Shown here: piece after piece, positions 15,762 through 24,640 of the stretch
How positions within the stretch are numbered: position 1 is the first letter of the stretch
Layout: the number at the start of each line of letters is the position of its first letter
DNA from: Candidatus Nanosyncoccaceae bacterium
Lineage (GTDB): Bacteria; Patescibacteriota; Saccharimonadia; Saccharimonadales; Saccharimonadaceae
DNA length: 43,009 nucleotides
NCBI GenBank assembly: GCA_045630145.1
Contig: JAZQSO010000031.1
Location: 1 to 43,009, forward strand
Reading direction: 5' to 3'
Notes under the pieces: model-generated
The model's input: only the letters and a program-made list of their open reading frames with translations
The model's database searches: none
Told to the model about the DNA's origin: nothing
Position numbers and translations under genes: made by a program

Positions 15762-16862
15762 CTAATTCCTTTCTTTAATATCCTTAATCTCAGCACTAAT
15801 CTCTTGCTTAAGTGTTGTAATATTCACAACACTACCAACGGCCACTTTTCCACTCAAAAGCGCATAGCCACGCTCCAAAACACGCTCAGGATTCAACTGT
15901 TCCAAAACCTTCACAATTCCAGCCACTTCTTGTTCATAAGACGTAATTTTTACGACAATCTGACGCTGCGCTTCCTTACGCGCATTATCTAGGTTCTGGC
16001 GCTCTATATCGAGCTTCGAATTTAACAAAGTGAATACACGTTTCACTTCGGCTTGGTTTGCTGCCGCAACCTCTTTACGGTCACGCGAGAGCATCTGCGC
16101 CGCATTGCTTGGCGTCGAAGCCACCACATCTGCCGCCATGTCGCAAAGGCTCGTATCGACTTCGTGTCCAATACCCGTAATAACCGGAATCTTGCTAGCC
16201 GCGACTGCGCGCACTAACGCTTCGTCATTGAATACCGCCAAATCATCTGCGCTACCACCACCACGAATCAAAGCAATCACTTGCACTTCACTACGTTCGT
16301 TGAAATAATTAAGCGCACGAATAATCTGATCAGCCGCTACCGCACCCTGAACTTGCGTGTGCGCCACCTGAACAGACAATCCGCCCCAGCGCTCATTCAA
16401 AATCTTACAAAAATCCACATAGCCCGCCGCCTGCGTGCTGGAGATTACGCCAATCTTTTCGATTTCTGGCGGCAAAGCGCGCTTACGCTCACGCGCAAAC
16501 AAACCCTCTGCGGTTAATTTTTTCTTCAAAAGCTCCAAACTCTTCTTGATGCTACCTTCGCCAACCGGCATCACACTCTGAACCGTGAGCGAAAACTTCC
16601 CCCAGTTCGTAAGCTTCGGTAAAGCACGAATGCGCACCTTCATACCATCTTCGAGTGGAAAACGTAGCGCAAACTTCATCATAAAGCAGCCTACGCTAGA
16701 CTTTTCGTCTTTCAAATCAAAGAAGATAAACTTATTTTGGTTAACCTTGAAACTTGAAACCTCACCCTCAATCACAACGCCAGTAAAAGCGTTCTCGAGA
16801 ATTTGGTTACAGATTTCTTGAAACTCGCTAACCGAATAAATCAGCTCTGTGCCCTGGTTCAT
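15762..16862 (-). CDS. xseA: Exodeoxyribonuclease VII large subunit
   Basis: N-terminal OB fold (VVIEGEVSSFKVNQNKFIFFDLKD) and catalytic core (ALIRGGGSADDL...GIGHEVD). Confidence 0.9.
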   Translation of the reverse strand: MNQGTELIYSVSEFQEICNQILENAFTGVVIEGEVSSFKVNQNKFIFFDLKDEKSSVGCFMMKFALRFPLEDGMKVRIRALPKLTNWGKFSLTVQSVMPVGEGSIKKSLELLKKKLTAEGLFARERKRALPPEIEKIGVISSTQAAGYVDFCKILNERWGGLSVQVAHTQVQGAVAADQIIRALNYFNERSEVQVIALIRGGGSADDLAVFNDEALVRAVAASKIPVITGIGHEVDTSLCDMAADVVASTPSNAAQMLSRDRKEVAAANQAEVKRVFTLLNSKLDIERQNLDNARKEAQRQIVVKITSYEQEVAGIVKVLEQLNPERVLERGYALLSGKVAVGSVVNITTLKQEISAEIKDIKERN

Positions 16863-17950
16863 TTCTTGGCCGCTTCCTCTTGCACTGAAAACTTATCACT
16901 ACGTGACATTAATGCCTGCTGGTAGAAACCTAGACCACTCAAAATCGTGCCAGTCAAAACTGCGATTCTCGTTACAACTACAACAATCGTTGCTACCGAA
17001 AGATCTACACCAGTCGCAGCAAGTACAACGACCATTGCGCCTTCGTAGCCACCAAGACCACCAGGCGTAACTAGAACCGTTCCTACAACACTAGCAATAC
17101 CTTCCGCAATCATAATCTGAGGTAAGATTTCTGGATGCCCCATCGCAATACCAACTACCCAATAAGTCGCAAGCTCAAGGAATGAGAACAATGCGCCCCA
17201 AATTACTGGCTTCCATAGAATCCTACGATTTCTGCACAAAGCTAGATAGTCATTACGCAAATCCGCAAAGTATCGTTGCACGGATTCGGCTTGGAAGCGC
17301 GTCGTCTTGCCCTTAGCCTTCGCGCGCTTCTCGAAGAACCTCGCTAGCTTACCAATCTTTGCTGATACCCAATCGACATTCTTTTGCTTACGCACAATGA
17401 AATAGCCTGTAGCAATCAAAAGCATCACGCCTGCTGCAATTGCACCTGCAAGCCACAAATAGCCATAGTTCTCTGGCGCCACGCAGCCCACCGCCAAAAC
17501 GATAATAATCGCAATCACCGTCTGCACAGCATTCGCAATCGCGCAAATCGAATAACGCAACGCATGAATAAAGCTCACCTGACCAGCCGAAACATCAAGG
17601 CTTTTGAGACGCCAGATCAAATAAGCCAAACCACTCATACCGCCACTCGGCATCGTATGATTCACGAAGTTAATCTCAAGCGAGATACGCGTTAGCTTCA
17701 GCATCGAAAGGCGCATCTTCTTACGCTCTTTAAGAAATGCGAAATACATCTGACCTGCCGAAAAATACATCAAAGCCTGCTCAGGAATCAAAAGCAACAA
17801 TACCCAAATATTGAGTTCCTTCATCGCCTCCAATGTTGCTTGGAACATCGTTTCCTCATGGCCGTTAATCGTAACTTTATCCGAGAAAGTCGTATATCCG
17901 ATGATTATCACCAAAATAATCGTCACGACACTAAGGATTTTCTTAAACAT
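16859..17950 (-). CDS. Flippase-like / lysylphosphatidylglycerol-synthase-TM-region family (UPF0104) membrane protein
   Basis: 363 aa, about 8 TM segments. ATGA overlap with xseA. TATAAT (17962-17957) lies 6 nt before ATG 17950. Confidence 0.65.
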   Translation of the reverse strand: MFKKILSVVTIILVIIIGYTTFSDKVTINGHEETMFQATLEAMKELNIWVLLLLIPEQALMYFSAGQMYFAFLKERKKMRLSMLKLTRISLEINFVNHTMPSGGMSGLAYLIWRLKSLDVSAGQVSFIHALRYSICAIANAVQTVIAIIIVLAVGCVAPENYGYLWLAGAIAAGVMLLIATGYFIVRKQKNVDWVSAKIGKLARFFEKRAKAKGKTTRFQAESVQRYFADLRNDYLALCRNRRILWKPVIWGALFSFLELATYWVVGIAMGHPEILPQIMIAEGIASVVGTVLVTPGGLGGYEGAMVVVLAATGVDLSVATIVVVVTRIAVLTGTILSGLGFYQQALMSRSDKFSVQEEAAKK

Positions 17951-17956
17951 GATAAA

Positions 17957-17962
17957 ATTATA
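17957..17962 (-). promoter_or_regulatory. -10 box (TGc)TATAAT 6 nt upstream of ATG 17950
   Basis: The minus strand reads TGcTATAAT-tttatc-ATG. On the plus strand, TAAAAT (17953-17958) lies 8 nt before ATG 17967 of the divergent gene. Confidence 0.55.
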
Positions 17963-17966
17963 GCAT

Positions 17967-19136
17967 ATGAATTATCTACTGGTTTTAGGTCGAGAGCCAA
18001 AACTCTCGCTTGTTGAGCTTGAGGCGCTTTTTGGTTCCGAAAACGTCAAAGCTTTTCTTGCCAAGAAAGATAGCAAGGATGCCAACCTCGCCATCGTTAA
18101 AGCTGATAAGCTAGATTTCTCACGTCTTGGCGGCAGCATCAAAGCTGGCCAAATCCTTACCGAACCAGTCCAGGACTATCTCAGCAAGCTTCCTGCCGGC
18201 AAAATCACACTTGGCGTTTCGGATTATTCGCCACGCGCCAATAAGAAAACCACTTGGGCGCTTGCACTCAAGTACAAAAATTTGCTCAAGCGTCACGGCC
18301 GCAATGTTCGCCTAATACCGAACAACGATGGCGCCGCTTTGACTTCCGCCGCTTCGCACCACAATCAGCTCGGCGAAAAGCTCAATCATATCGAAATTAT
18401 CAAATACCAGAACGATATCGCTGTTTCTATCGGCACCCAAAACATCACCGCCTATGCAAAGCGCGACCGCGAGCGTCCTGCGCGTGATGCCTTTGTTGGT
18501 ATGCTACCACCAAAGCTCGCTCAGATTCTTATCAACGTTGCGACTGGCGAATTTGAAAGGAACAACAAATCCAAGCCTATCGTGCTCGATCCTTTCTGTG
18601 GCACAGGCGTTGTTTTGCAGGAAGCCATGCTTATGGGCTATTCCACCTACGGCACTGATCTTAGTGAAAAGATGATTAAATACTCCGGTCGCAACCTCGA
18701 GTGGCTCAAAGAGCGCACTACAGACTTACAAAAAGCCGATGCACCAAAATTCTTCCTCGAAGAAGGCGATGCTACAAAGCATAGCTGGCAAAGTGCTCAG
18801 GTCGACTGCGTTGCAAGCGAAATCTACCTCGGACACCCATTATCCGCGCCTCCAGGAAGCCTCAAGCTTAAGGAATTCCAGCAATCTACTAAAGAGCTTC
18901 TTACTGGCTTTTTGAAGAACATTTCTGGCCAAATTTCTAGCGGCGCCACCCTCTGTTTGGCTACTCCAGCTTGGCTTCGTCCGAACGGCTCTTATGAAGG
19001 TGTAAATATCCTTGACGAAATCGAGAAACTTGGATATAATAGACTGCAGTATAAGCACGCGACGACCCAAGACCTTCTCTATTACAGAGATGGACAAATC
19101 GTTGCGCGCCAATTATTAATTTTAAGGAAACAGTAG
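17967..19136 (+). CDS. SAM-dependent RNA/DNA methyltransferase (UPF0020/Trm11-like) with an N-terminal THUMP-like region
   Basis: Motif I VLDPFCGTGVVLQEA, followed by YGTDLSEKMI. Confidence 0.7.
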   Translation: MNYLLVLGREPKLSLVELEALFGSENVKAFLAKKDSKDANLAIVKADKLDFSRLGGSIKAGQILTEPVQDYLSKLPAGKITLGVSDYSPRANKKTTWALALKYKNLLKRHGRNVRLIPNNDGAALTSAASHHNQLGEKLNHIEIIKYQNDIAVSIGTQNITAYAKRDRERPARDAFVGMLPPKLAQILINVATGEFERNNKSKPIVLDPFCGTGVVLQEAMLMGYSTYGTDLSEKMIKYSGRNLEWLKERTTDLQKADAPKFFLEEGDATKHSWQSAQVDCVASEIYLGHPLSAPPGSLKLKEFQQSTKELLTGFLKNISGQISSGATLCLATPAWLRPNGSYEGVNILDEIEKLGYNRLQYKHATTQDLLYYRDGQIVARQLLILRKQ

Positions 19137-19140
19137 TAGT

Positions 19141-19419
19141 ATGTCACATGTCAAAGCTGGCGGTACCAGCAAAAACCTACACAACAACGCTGGTCAGCGC
19201 CTTGGCGTCAAGCGTTTTGGTGGTCAGACGGTTCGCACTGGCGAAGTACTCGTTCGCCAAACCGGCGCTACGAAGATCGCTGGCCCAGGCACGTTCATGA
19301 GCCGCAACTTCACCATCCATGCAGCCATCGATGGTAAGGTCGTCTTCGTTAAGACTAAGAAGAACCACTTCTCAGGTAAAAGCGTTCCGCGCACTCGCGT
19401 TGAAGTTCACGCAGCCTAA
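19141..19419 (+). CDS. rpmA: 50S ribosomal protein L27
   Basis: MSHVKAGGTSKN...GQRLGVKRFGGQ...G.ILVRQ.G signature. Confidence 0.95.
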   Translation: MSHVKAGGTSKNLHNNAGQRLGVKRFGGQTVRTGEVLVRQTGATKIAGPGTFMSRNFTIHAAIDGKVVFVKTKKNHFSGKSVPRTRVEVHAA

Positions 19420-19422
19420 CAA

Positions 19423-19449
19423 AATAGCTCCTACGGGAGCTATTTTTAT
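19423..19449 (+). terminator. Intrinsic terminator after rpmA
   Basis: AATAGCTCC-tacg-GGAGCTATT followed by a T-run. Confidence 0.8.
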
Positions 19450-19471
19450 GTCTTTATTTATTTCTTTTGGG

Positions 19472-20107
19472 TTATTTCAGGTTAGCTATCTCTAAGAGTG
19501 CCCATTCAAGCGGCACCCACATATCTAGTCCGCTACGCTTGCTCATCATGTCAGCACGCGCCAGTATTTTCATCGCCTCAACCGCCTTAGTATTATCTTT
19601 GCCACCAATCAACTTTGCTGCTTGAGCACCCATCGTACCGAGTATCATTGGTGCCGCCGTATGATCCTTCAAAATATCTAGCTTCTTAAGCGCAATCTTG
19701 CCATGTCCAGCAAAAGCCTGTTTAAACGGCTCCCAAGTCTCATATCTATCGCGCGAACGTTCCTCAATAGTCTCAAACATCTTGGATTCAATCCCTTTAC
19801 AACCCAAGACATCTTTTACGTAAGCAAAGGTCTTATTAAGCTTACCGTTCGCAATTACGACCACCTCATATTCGGTATTCACGTAATCTGGCAACTTGGC
19901 AAAACAATCTTTATTATCATTTAAATCCTTGAGTAAAATACGGCGTTTTTCGCCACCGCCAAACAGCGTTTGACCCAAGAAAATCGAATCCATATCAGAT
20001 ACGGTTATATTATCCGCCTCAAAAATCTCGTAATCCTCACCAAGCTTGGCTTTTGCAGCCGCCATCATCGCATTACGGTCCGTTCCATGCAAAATACAAA
20101 TCGACAT
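19472..20107 (-). CDS. holA: DNA polymerase III delta-subunit-like protein (short)
   Basis: 211 aa. The N-terminal pattern (ILHG...ITVSDMDSIFLGQTLFGGGEKRRILLKDL) resembles HolA domain I. TAATG overlap with mutM. Confidence 0.45.
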   Translation of the reverse strand: MSICILHGTDRNAMMAAAKAKLGEDYEIFEADNITVSDMDSIFLGQTLFGGGEKRRILLKDLNDNKDCFAKLPDYVNTEYEVVVIANGKLNKTFAYVKDVLGCKGIESKMFETIEERSRDRYETWEPFKQAFAGHGKIALKKLDILKDHTAAPMILGTMGAQAAKLIGGKDNTKAVEAMKILARADMMSKRSGLDMWVPLEWALLEIANLK

Positions 20108-21006
20108 TACTTAGACTCCTTTTTGTGTTCAGGCTGACAATGTGGGCAAAAATGCGTACCACGTCCAGCTACTCGAATTTTTAAAATTGTTGTTCCACAT
20201 TTCAAACACGGCTCACCATCGCGTCGAAAAACTTGTGCGAACTTATCCAAATAATTTCCGCGTGTGCCGTCCGGCTTCACATAGTCCTTCATGGTCGAAC
20301 CGCCCGAATCGATCGAACGGCGCATGACGTCACAAGCCGCCACCAAAAGCTTGTTGGCCTGACTGCGCGACAAATCGCCAGCCAAAGTTCCAGGAAAAAT
20401 ACCAGTCACAAAGCAAGCCTCGTCGGCATATATATTACCAAGCCCACAAATTAATTTTTGATTTAACAAAACCGCCTTAACATTCGTCTTGGCATGTTTT
20501 TGCAAAATGTCGTAAAATACGTCGCCGGACATATCCCAAGGCTCAGGCGCAAGTTCCTGTAAGAATTTATCTTTCTGAAGATCCGCGTCATTCATGAGCG
20601 CCAGATAGCCAAACTTTCGTAAATCGTTAAAATACAAGCGCCCGCCGTCTTCAAACTCAAACCAAACCCGCGTATGGCGACTCGGCATCTCAGCTACGAA
20701 GTTTCCGTCCGGATGGCCAGCTGCAAAACGACCATTTTTCATTAAATCCGACTCGATTTGATTCTTGCCAATATATATTAATTGGCCTGTCATGCGCATA
20801 TGGCCTAAAATCGTCCACTTATCGTCTAAGCGCATCAAAAGCGCCTTGCCTTTCCGGTCAATTTTGACGATTTTTCGCCCTATTATTTGCCCTGCATCGC
20901 CACGAAAACTCTTCGCGTTCAAAACCTCACATTGAACAATTTTCGTGTTCAAGATTAACCCCTGTAAACCGCGTTTTATAGTCTCAATTTCGGGTAATTC
21001 TGGCAT
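20107..21006 (-). CDS. mutM: Formamidopyrimidine-DNA glycosylase
   Basis: MPELPEIET N-terminus, H2TH region and a C-terminal zinc finger CLKCGT...HFCPHCQ. Confidence 0.9.
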   Translation of the reverse strand: MPELPEIETIKRGLQGLILNTKIVQCEVLNAKSFRGDAGQIIGRKIVKIDRKGKALLMRLDDKWTILGHMRMTGQLIYIGKNQIESDLMKNGRFAAGHPDGNFVAEMPSRHTRVWFEFEDGGRLYFNDLRKFGYLALMNDADLQKDKFLQELAPEPWDMSGDVFYDILQKHAKTNVKAVLLNQKLICGLGNIYADEACFVTGIFPGTLAGDLSRSQANKLLVAACDVMRRSIDSGGSTMKDYVKPDGTRGNYLDKFAQVFRRDGEPCLKCGTTILKIRVAGRGTHFCPHCQPEHKKESK

Positions 21007-21028
21007 GGGATTTTTGCTCTTCCAAAGC

Positions 21029-21892
21029 CTAATTCATGCCGTAAATAAACAGCATATAGAAGGCTAGGCCATTCTTTAACATATGCACAATCATGCCACC
21101 ATAGACCGTGCCGGTCATTTCGCGAATCAAGCACATAAACACGCTCATTACGCCCACCGTGATGCCAACATTCCACTGCCCGTGCGCGACACCAAACGCA
21201 ACGGAAGTTAACAAAATAGCTGGAACCGCCCAAGTATGGCGACGAAGCTTACCATATAGCCAGCCACGGAAGACAATCTCCTCTGCTACTGGCGCAATCA
21301 CAACAAGCGCCAAGAAAGCCATCATCATATCTAGGAAGCCCGAGATATTATCATAACCCACTTCCTGTGCCTGCTCCATATCAATCCATGGGAAGATTGA
21401 AGCTGCGAGAGCCGTCACGACCAAAGCGCCAATCATCGAAAGAATGAAGCCAATTACACCCATACCGATATCCGTCCAAGTAAAGATACCACGAAGACCT
21501 AGACTATCGCGCGTTGGTTTTTCGCAGAACAAAATCGACGGCACACCAATCGTAATAATTAAATCAATTACATAAACTACTGCAGATAAAATCGTCTGAA
21601 GTGAAGCACTATAATTCACTTCTACACCAAAGACATTTGTCAAAAGCAATACTGCGCCCACCAAGATCTGCTGAGACAACTCTAAAGCAAGCAATGCCCA
21701 ACCTGTAAACATTACAAGCTCGAGGATCGTTAAGAAAATCTTCCAACCTTTACTCTGATGCTTCTTCTTGGACCATTTCGCAACAATCTTCTCCGAAAAA
21801 CGGCGGAATTTGCTGACTTCCTTCTGTTCAGCTTTTACCTTCGTGACTTTTTCTTTCACGACTGGTTGTTCATGTTCTTTTTTGCTCGCCAT
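21029..21892 (-). CDS. CPBP-family intramembrane glutamic endopeptidase (CAAX protease type)
   Basis: APVAEEIVFRGWLYG and SVAFGVAHG motifs. Multi-pass membrane protein. Confidence 0.8.
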   Translation of the reverse strand: MASKKEHEQPVVKEKVTKVKAEQKEVSKFRRFSEKIVAKWSKKKHQSKGWKIFLTILELVMFTGWALLALELSQQILVGAVLLLTNVFGVEVNYSASLQTILSAVVYVIDLIITIGVPSILFCEKPTRDSLGLRGIFTWTDIGMGVIGFILSMIGALVVTALAASIFPWIDMEQAQEVGYDNISGFLDMMMAFLALVVIAPVAEEIVFRGWLYGKLRRHTWAVPAILLTSVAFGVAHGQWNVGITVGVMSVFMCLIREMTGTVYGGMIVHMLKNGLAFYMLFIYGMN

Positions 21893-21895
21893 TTT

Positions 21896-23134
21896 CTACC
21901 TCCCCGCAAGCCTTAAAATATCTAGCACTGTTACAATTAGTGCCAAAATAATAATTACCGTAAATGCCCTACTTACAATCTTTTCTTCGGTTTCTTTTGT
22001 AAGCTTCTTCTTTAATAGTTTGTAAATTGTAATCAATAGCCATCTACCACCGTCTAGTGCTGGAATCGGCAAAACATTCATACAGGCCAAAGAAATTGAA
22101 ATTAGGGCCACTAAGAAGAATAGATATGGCGCACCGCTATCCGTAAAAATCGGGAACAACACCCCAATAATACCAACAGGACCACTCACGGAATCTGATG
22201 CCGTTTTGAGCTCCTCAGCGCCGCTCTGACGCACGGAAGCATCTAAGTTGACCTGTTTCACTACTCCGCTAAAAAAGTTCACCAGAAGCGTTCCTACGCC
22301 CTTGAAAGTCTCACCTGTGATTTGTAACATTGTGCCCGCCCCTACAATCGGCGCACTCCAAGTGCTGCGATATAGCGCTGCTCCGCCAATCGAAGCACCA
22401 AAGAGGTAATCTGCATCAGAATCATTTAGTGCCACTTCTGCTACTTCTGCAGCACCATCGCGCTCATAGCTAATCTTTACAGTTTTGCCAGGATAACGAT
22501 TATTGGCTTTTATAAAATCATCTGGAGTATAAATATCTATCTCGTTAGACTGCGTGCAAGGATCCTCTTCGCACTCTTCATAGCTCGCATGCTTCAAAAT
22601 ATCACCTTCTTTAAAGCCGGCTTTCTCTGCTGGGCTACCTTCAATAACTTCGGAAATCTTCACTGGCTCTACAACTACCGCATGCGTATCGCTATCTATT
22701 TGGAACTGGTTTTCCAAGAAATGCGGCATACCAGCCCAGGCAAGAATCGTTAAAATAACGAAAGCTACCAACCAGTTTGCTAGAACGCCGCCGAAAAGAA
22801 TCTTGGTCTTTTTAGCGTAGCTCGCTGCACCAAAACTGCCCTTCGTGGCATCCGAAGCACTCTCACCCTTCATCTGACAGAAACCGCCAATCGGCAACCA
22901 GTTTAGAGAAATTACTAGACCTTCGCCCGGCATCTTCTTCCACTGCTTGCGTGGAATACGCTTCCATTTTCCGTTTACCTTGCGCCAACAAATCGCACGC
23001 GGCGGAAAACAGATACCAAATTCTTCTACTTCAACGCCATTCTTGCGCGCCATCAAAAAATGCCCAAATTCGTGCGCCGTCACTAGGCACATGAGCATAA
23101 ATAACCCAACAATTACTCCCACTAACACACTCAT
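21896..23134 (-). CDS. rseP: RIP metalloprotease RseP (site-2 protease, M50) with a PDZ domain
   Basis: HEFGHFLMARKNG zinc motif and a C-terminal NVLPIPALDGG motif. TATGAT (23146-23141) lies 6 nt before the ATG. Confidence 0.9.
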   Translation of the reverse strand: MSVLVGVIVGLFMLMCLVTAHEFGHFLMARKNGVEVEEFGICFPPRAICWRKVNGKWKRIPRKQWKKMPGEGLVISLNWLPIGGFCQMKGESASDATKGSFGAASYAKKTKILFGGVLANWLVAFVILTILAWAGMPHFLENQFQIDSDTHAVVVEPVKISEVIEGSPAEKAGFKEGDILKHASYEECEEDPCTQSNEIDIYTPDDFIKANNRYPGKTVKISYERDGAAEVAEVALNDSDADYLFGASIGGAALYRSTWSAPIVGAGTMLQITGETFKGVGTLLVNFFSGVVKQVNLDASVRQSGAEELKTASDSVSGPVGIIGVLFPIFTDSGAPYLFFLVALISISLACMNVLPIPALDGGRWLLITIYKLLKKKLTKETEEKIVSRAFTVIIILALIVTVLDILRLAGR

Positions 23135-23140
23135 TACTTC

Positions 23141-23146
23141 ATCATA
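23141..23146 (-). promoter_or_regulatory. -10 box (TGt)TATGAT 6 nt upstream of the rseP ATG
   Basis: The minus strand reads TGtTATGAT-gaagta-ATG(23134). TTGACT (23171-23166) lies 19 nt upstream. Confidence 0.55.
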
Positions 23147-23310
23147 ACACGCCTCACCAATTACTAGTCAAATGAGAAGCGAAGCTTTATTAGGAAATTT
23201 TCAGCTTGCACTCCGCATATACTCTTTTCAAAGAACATAACAAACACCCCGAAACAACTTATTCCTTATAACTAACTAGCCCCCCTAAAAAACATCAAAA
23301 CCCCAACAAC

Positions 23311-23340
23311 AAAAAAGACGCCAGCCACAAAGCTGACGCC
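23311..23340 (-). terminator. Intrinsic terminator after uppS
   Basis: On the minus-strand RNA, a 9-bp stem (2 G-U pairs) followed by U6. Confidence 0.65.
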
Positions 23341-23355
23341 CCATATCATATATAC

Positions 23356-24030
23356 CTATTTACCAAACCTTCGCTGACGGCCAGCAAATTCCTCTAAAAT
23401 CTTAGGAACATCTTCCTTAGTCATATCTGGCCACTTCTTATCCAAGAACAACATCTCAGAATAAGCCATACGCCACAGCATAAAGCCCGAGATACGCTGT
23501 TCACCAGAAGTCCTAATCACCATATCAAGCGCTGGCACCTCAGGATGATAAAGATTCTCTTCGATCTTCTCAATCGTCACTTCGCCGTCAATCTTCTTAA
23601 CAGCGTCAACAATCTCCTGCTTACCGCCATAATTAAAACAAAGACCCAAGATATTCTCTTTACAATGCTTCGTCTTTTCTTCGGCTTCTTCAACGGCCGC
23701 CTTAAGCCTATCGCTCAAGCGCTCCTTCGTACCCAAGATTGCAATCTTCGTATCGTTTTTCAAACATTTCTTAATAAACTTCTTAAGACATTTCTCAACC
23801 AAGTCCATCAAATAATCTACTTCTTCCTTCGAACGATTCCAGTTCTCGGTCGAAAAGATATAAAAGCTCACGATCTTCACGCCACATTTATGACATTCCT
23901 CTGCGATATCCGCGACAAGCTCAATACCACGACGATGCCCCTCAAGCGTTGGCAAGCCACGCTCGCGCGCCCACCTACGGTTACCATCTACAATAAAGCC
24001 TAAATGCTTAGGCAAAACTTTCTCTTCCAT
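23356..24030 (-). CDS. uppS: Isoprenyl transferase (undecaprenyl-diphosphate synthase)
   Basis: HLGFIVDGNRRWA, FSTENWNR and IRTSGEQRISGF motifs. I prefer ATG 24030 over the track TTG at 24048. Confidence 0.9.
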   Translation of the reverse strand: MEEKVLPKHLGFIVDGNRRWARERGLPTLEGHRRGIELVADIAEECHKCGVKIVSFYIFSTENWNRSKEEVDYLMDLVEKCLKKFIKKCLKNDTKIAILGTKERLSDRLKAAVEEAEEKTKHCKENILGLCFNYGGKQEIVDAVKKIDGEVTIEKIEENLYHPEVPALDMVIRTSGEQRISGFMLWRMAYSEMLFLDKKWPDMTKEDVPKILEEFAGRQRRFGK

Positions 24031-24036
24031 ATATTT

Positions 24037-24042
24037 ATTATA
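24037..24042 (-). promoter_or_regulatory. -10 box TATAAT 6 nt upstream of the uppS ATG
   Basis: The minus strand reads TATAAT-aaatat-ATG(24030). It sits directly after the rplU terminator. Confidence 0.55.
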
Positions 24043-24052
24043 TTCCAAACAT

Positions 24053-24076
24053 TACAAAAACAGGCCCGAAGGCCCG
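24053..24076 (-). terminator. Intrinsic terminator after rplU
   Basis: CGGGCC-UUCG-GGCCUG followed by UUUUUG on the minus strand. Confidence 0.7.
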
Positions 24077-24085
24077 TTTTATTTA

Positions 24086-24394
24086 TTAAGCAATACTAAC
24101 GATTTCAATCTTAGTATACTTCTGGCGATGACCAATTTCCTTATGGACACGCTTCTTAGAATGGTAACGAATGACGCGGAGTTTTTCACCGGCGACTTTC
24201 TCTTCTACGATCTTCGCCTTTACCTTTACTCCCTTAACTGTTGGTTCGCCGACAGTAGTTTTGTCGCCATCAATTACGAGCAAAGCGTCAAGATCGAGAT
24301 CTTTAGTTCCTTCCGGGAGGAGGTCCACCAGGAGGGTCTCTTTTTCAGCGACAAGATACTGCTTGCCACCAACCTTAATGACTGCTTTTTTCAT
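24086..24394 (-). CDS. rplU: 50S ribosomal protein L21
   Basis: MKKAVIKVGGKQYLV...KVIRYHSKKRVHKEIGHRQ is typical of L21. Confidence 0.9.
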   Translation of the reverse strand: MKKAVIKVGGKQYLVAEKETLLVDLLPEGTKDLDLDALLVIDGDKTTVGEPTVKGVKVKAKIVEEKVAGEKLRVIRYHSKKRVHKEIGHRQKYTKIEIVSIA

Positions 24395-24436
24395 ACGACC
24401 TATTTTAACAGATTACAAATAAAATTGCAAATGTAA

Positions 24437-24473
24437 ACAAAAAAGAACCTCGACTACCCAATATCGAGGTTCT
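24437..24473 (-). terminator. Hairpin plus U-run between the DUF11 gene and rplU (a terminator, or an attenuator in an rplU leader)
   Basis: Perfect 10-bp stem AGAACCUCGA/UCGAGGUUCU, 10-nt loop UAUUGGGUAG, then UUUUUUG. Confidence 0.7.
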
Positions 24474-24475
24474 CT

Positions 24476-24513
24476 AAAGCTCTCCTCTGCTACCCAATTC
24501 AGAACAGAGCTTT
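24476..24513 (-). other. Second hairpin with the same 9-nt loop core as the neighbouring hairpin
   Basis: Outer stem AAAGCUCU/AGAGCUUU, inner stem UCUG/CAGA, loop AAUUGGGUAG. Confidence 0.6.
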
Positions 24514-24640
24514 AAGATAGGAGCTAATTACAGATAAAGTACAAATTCTTCTCGAATTCACAATTTTTGTTTTTGTTTTTAGAAGATCCGGAAAGAACTA
24601 CCCCCTTAAAGCCCCCCCTAGAAGATATGCTTAAAAGGTT

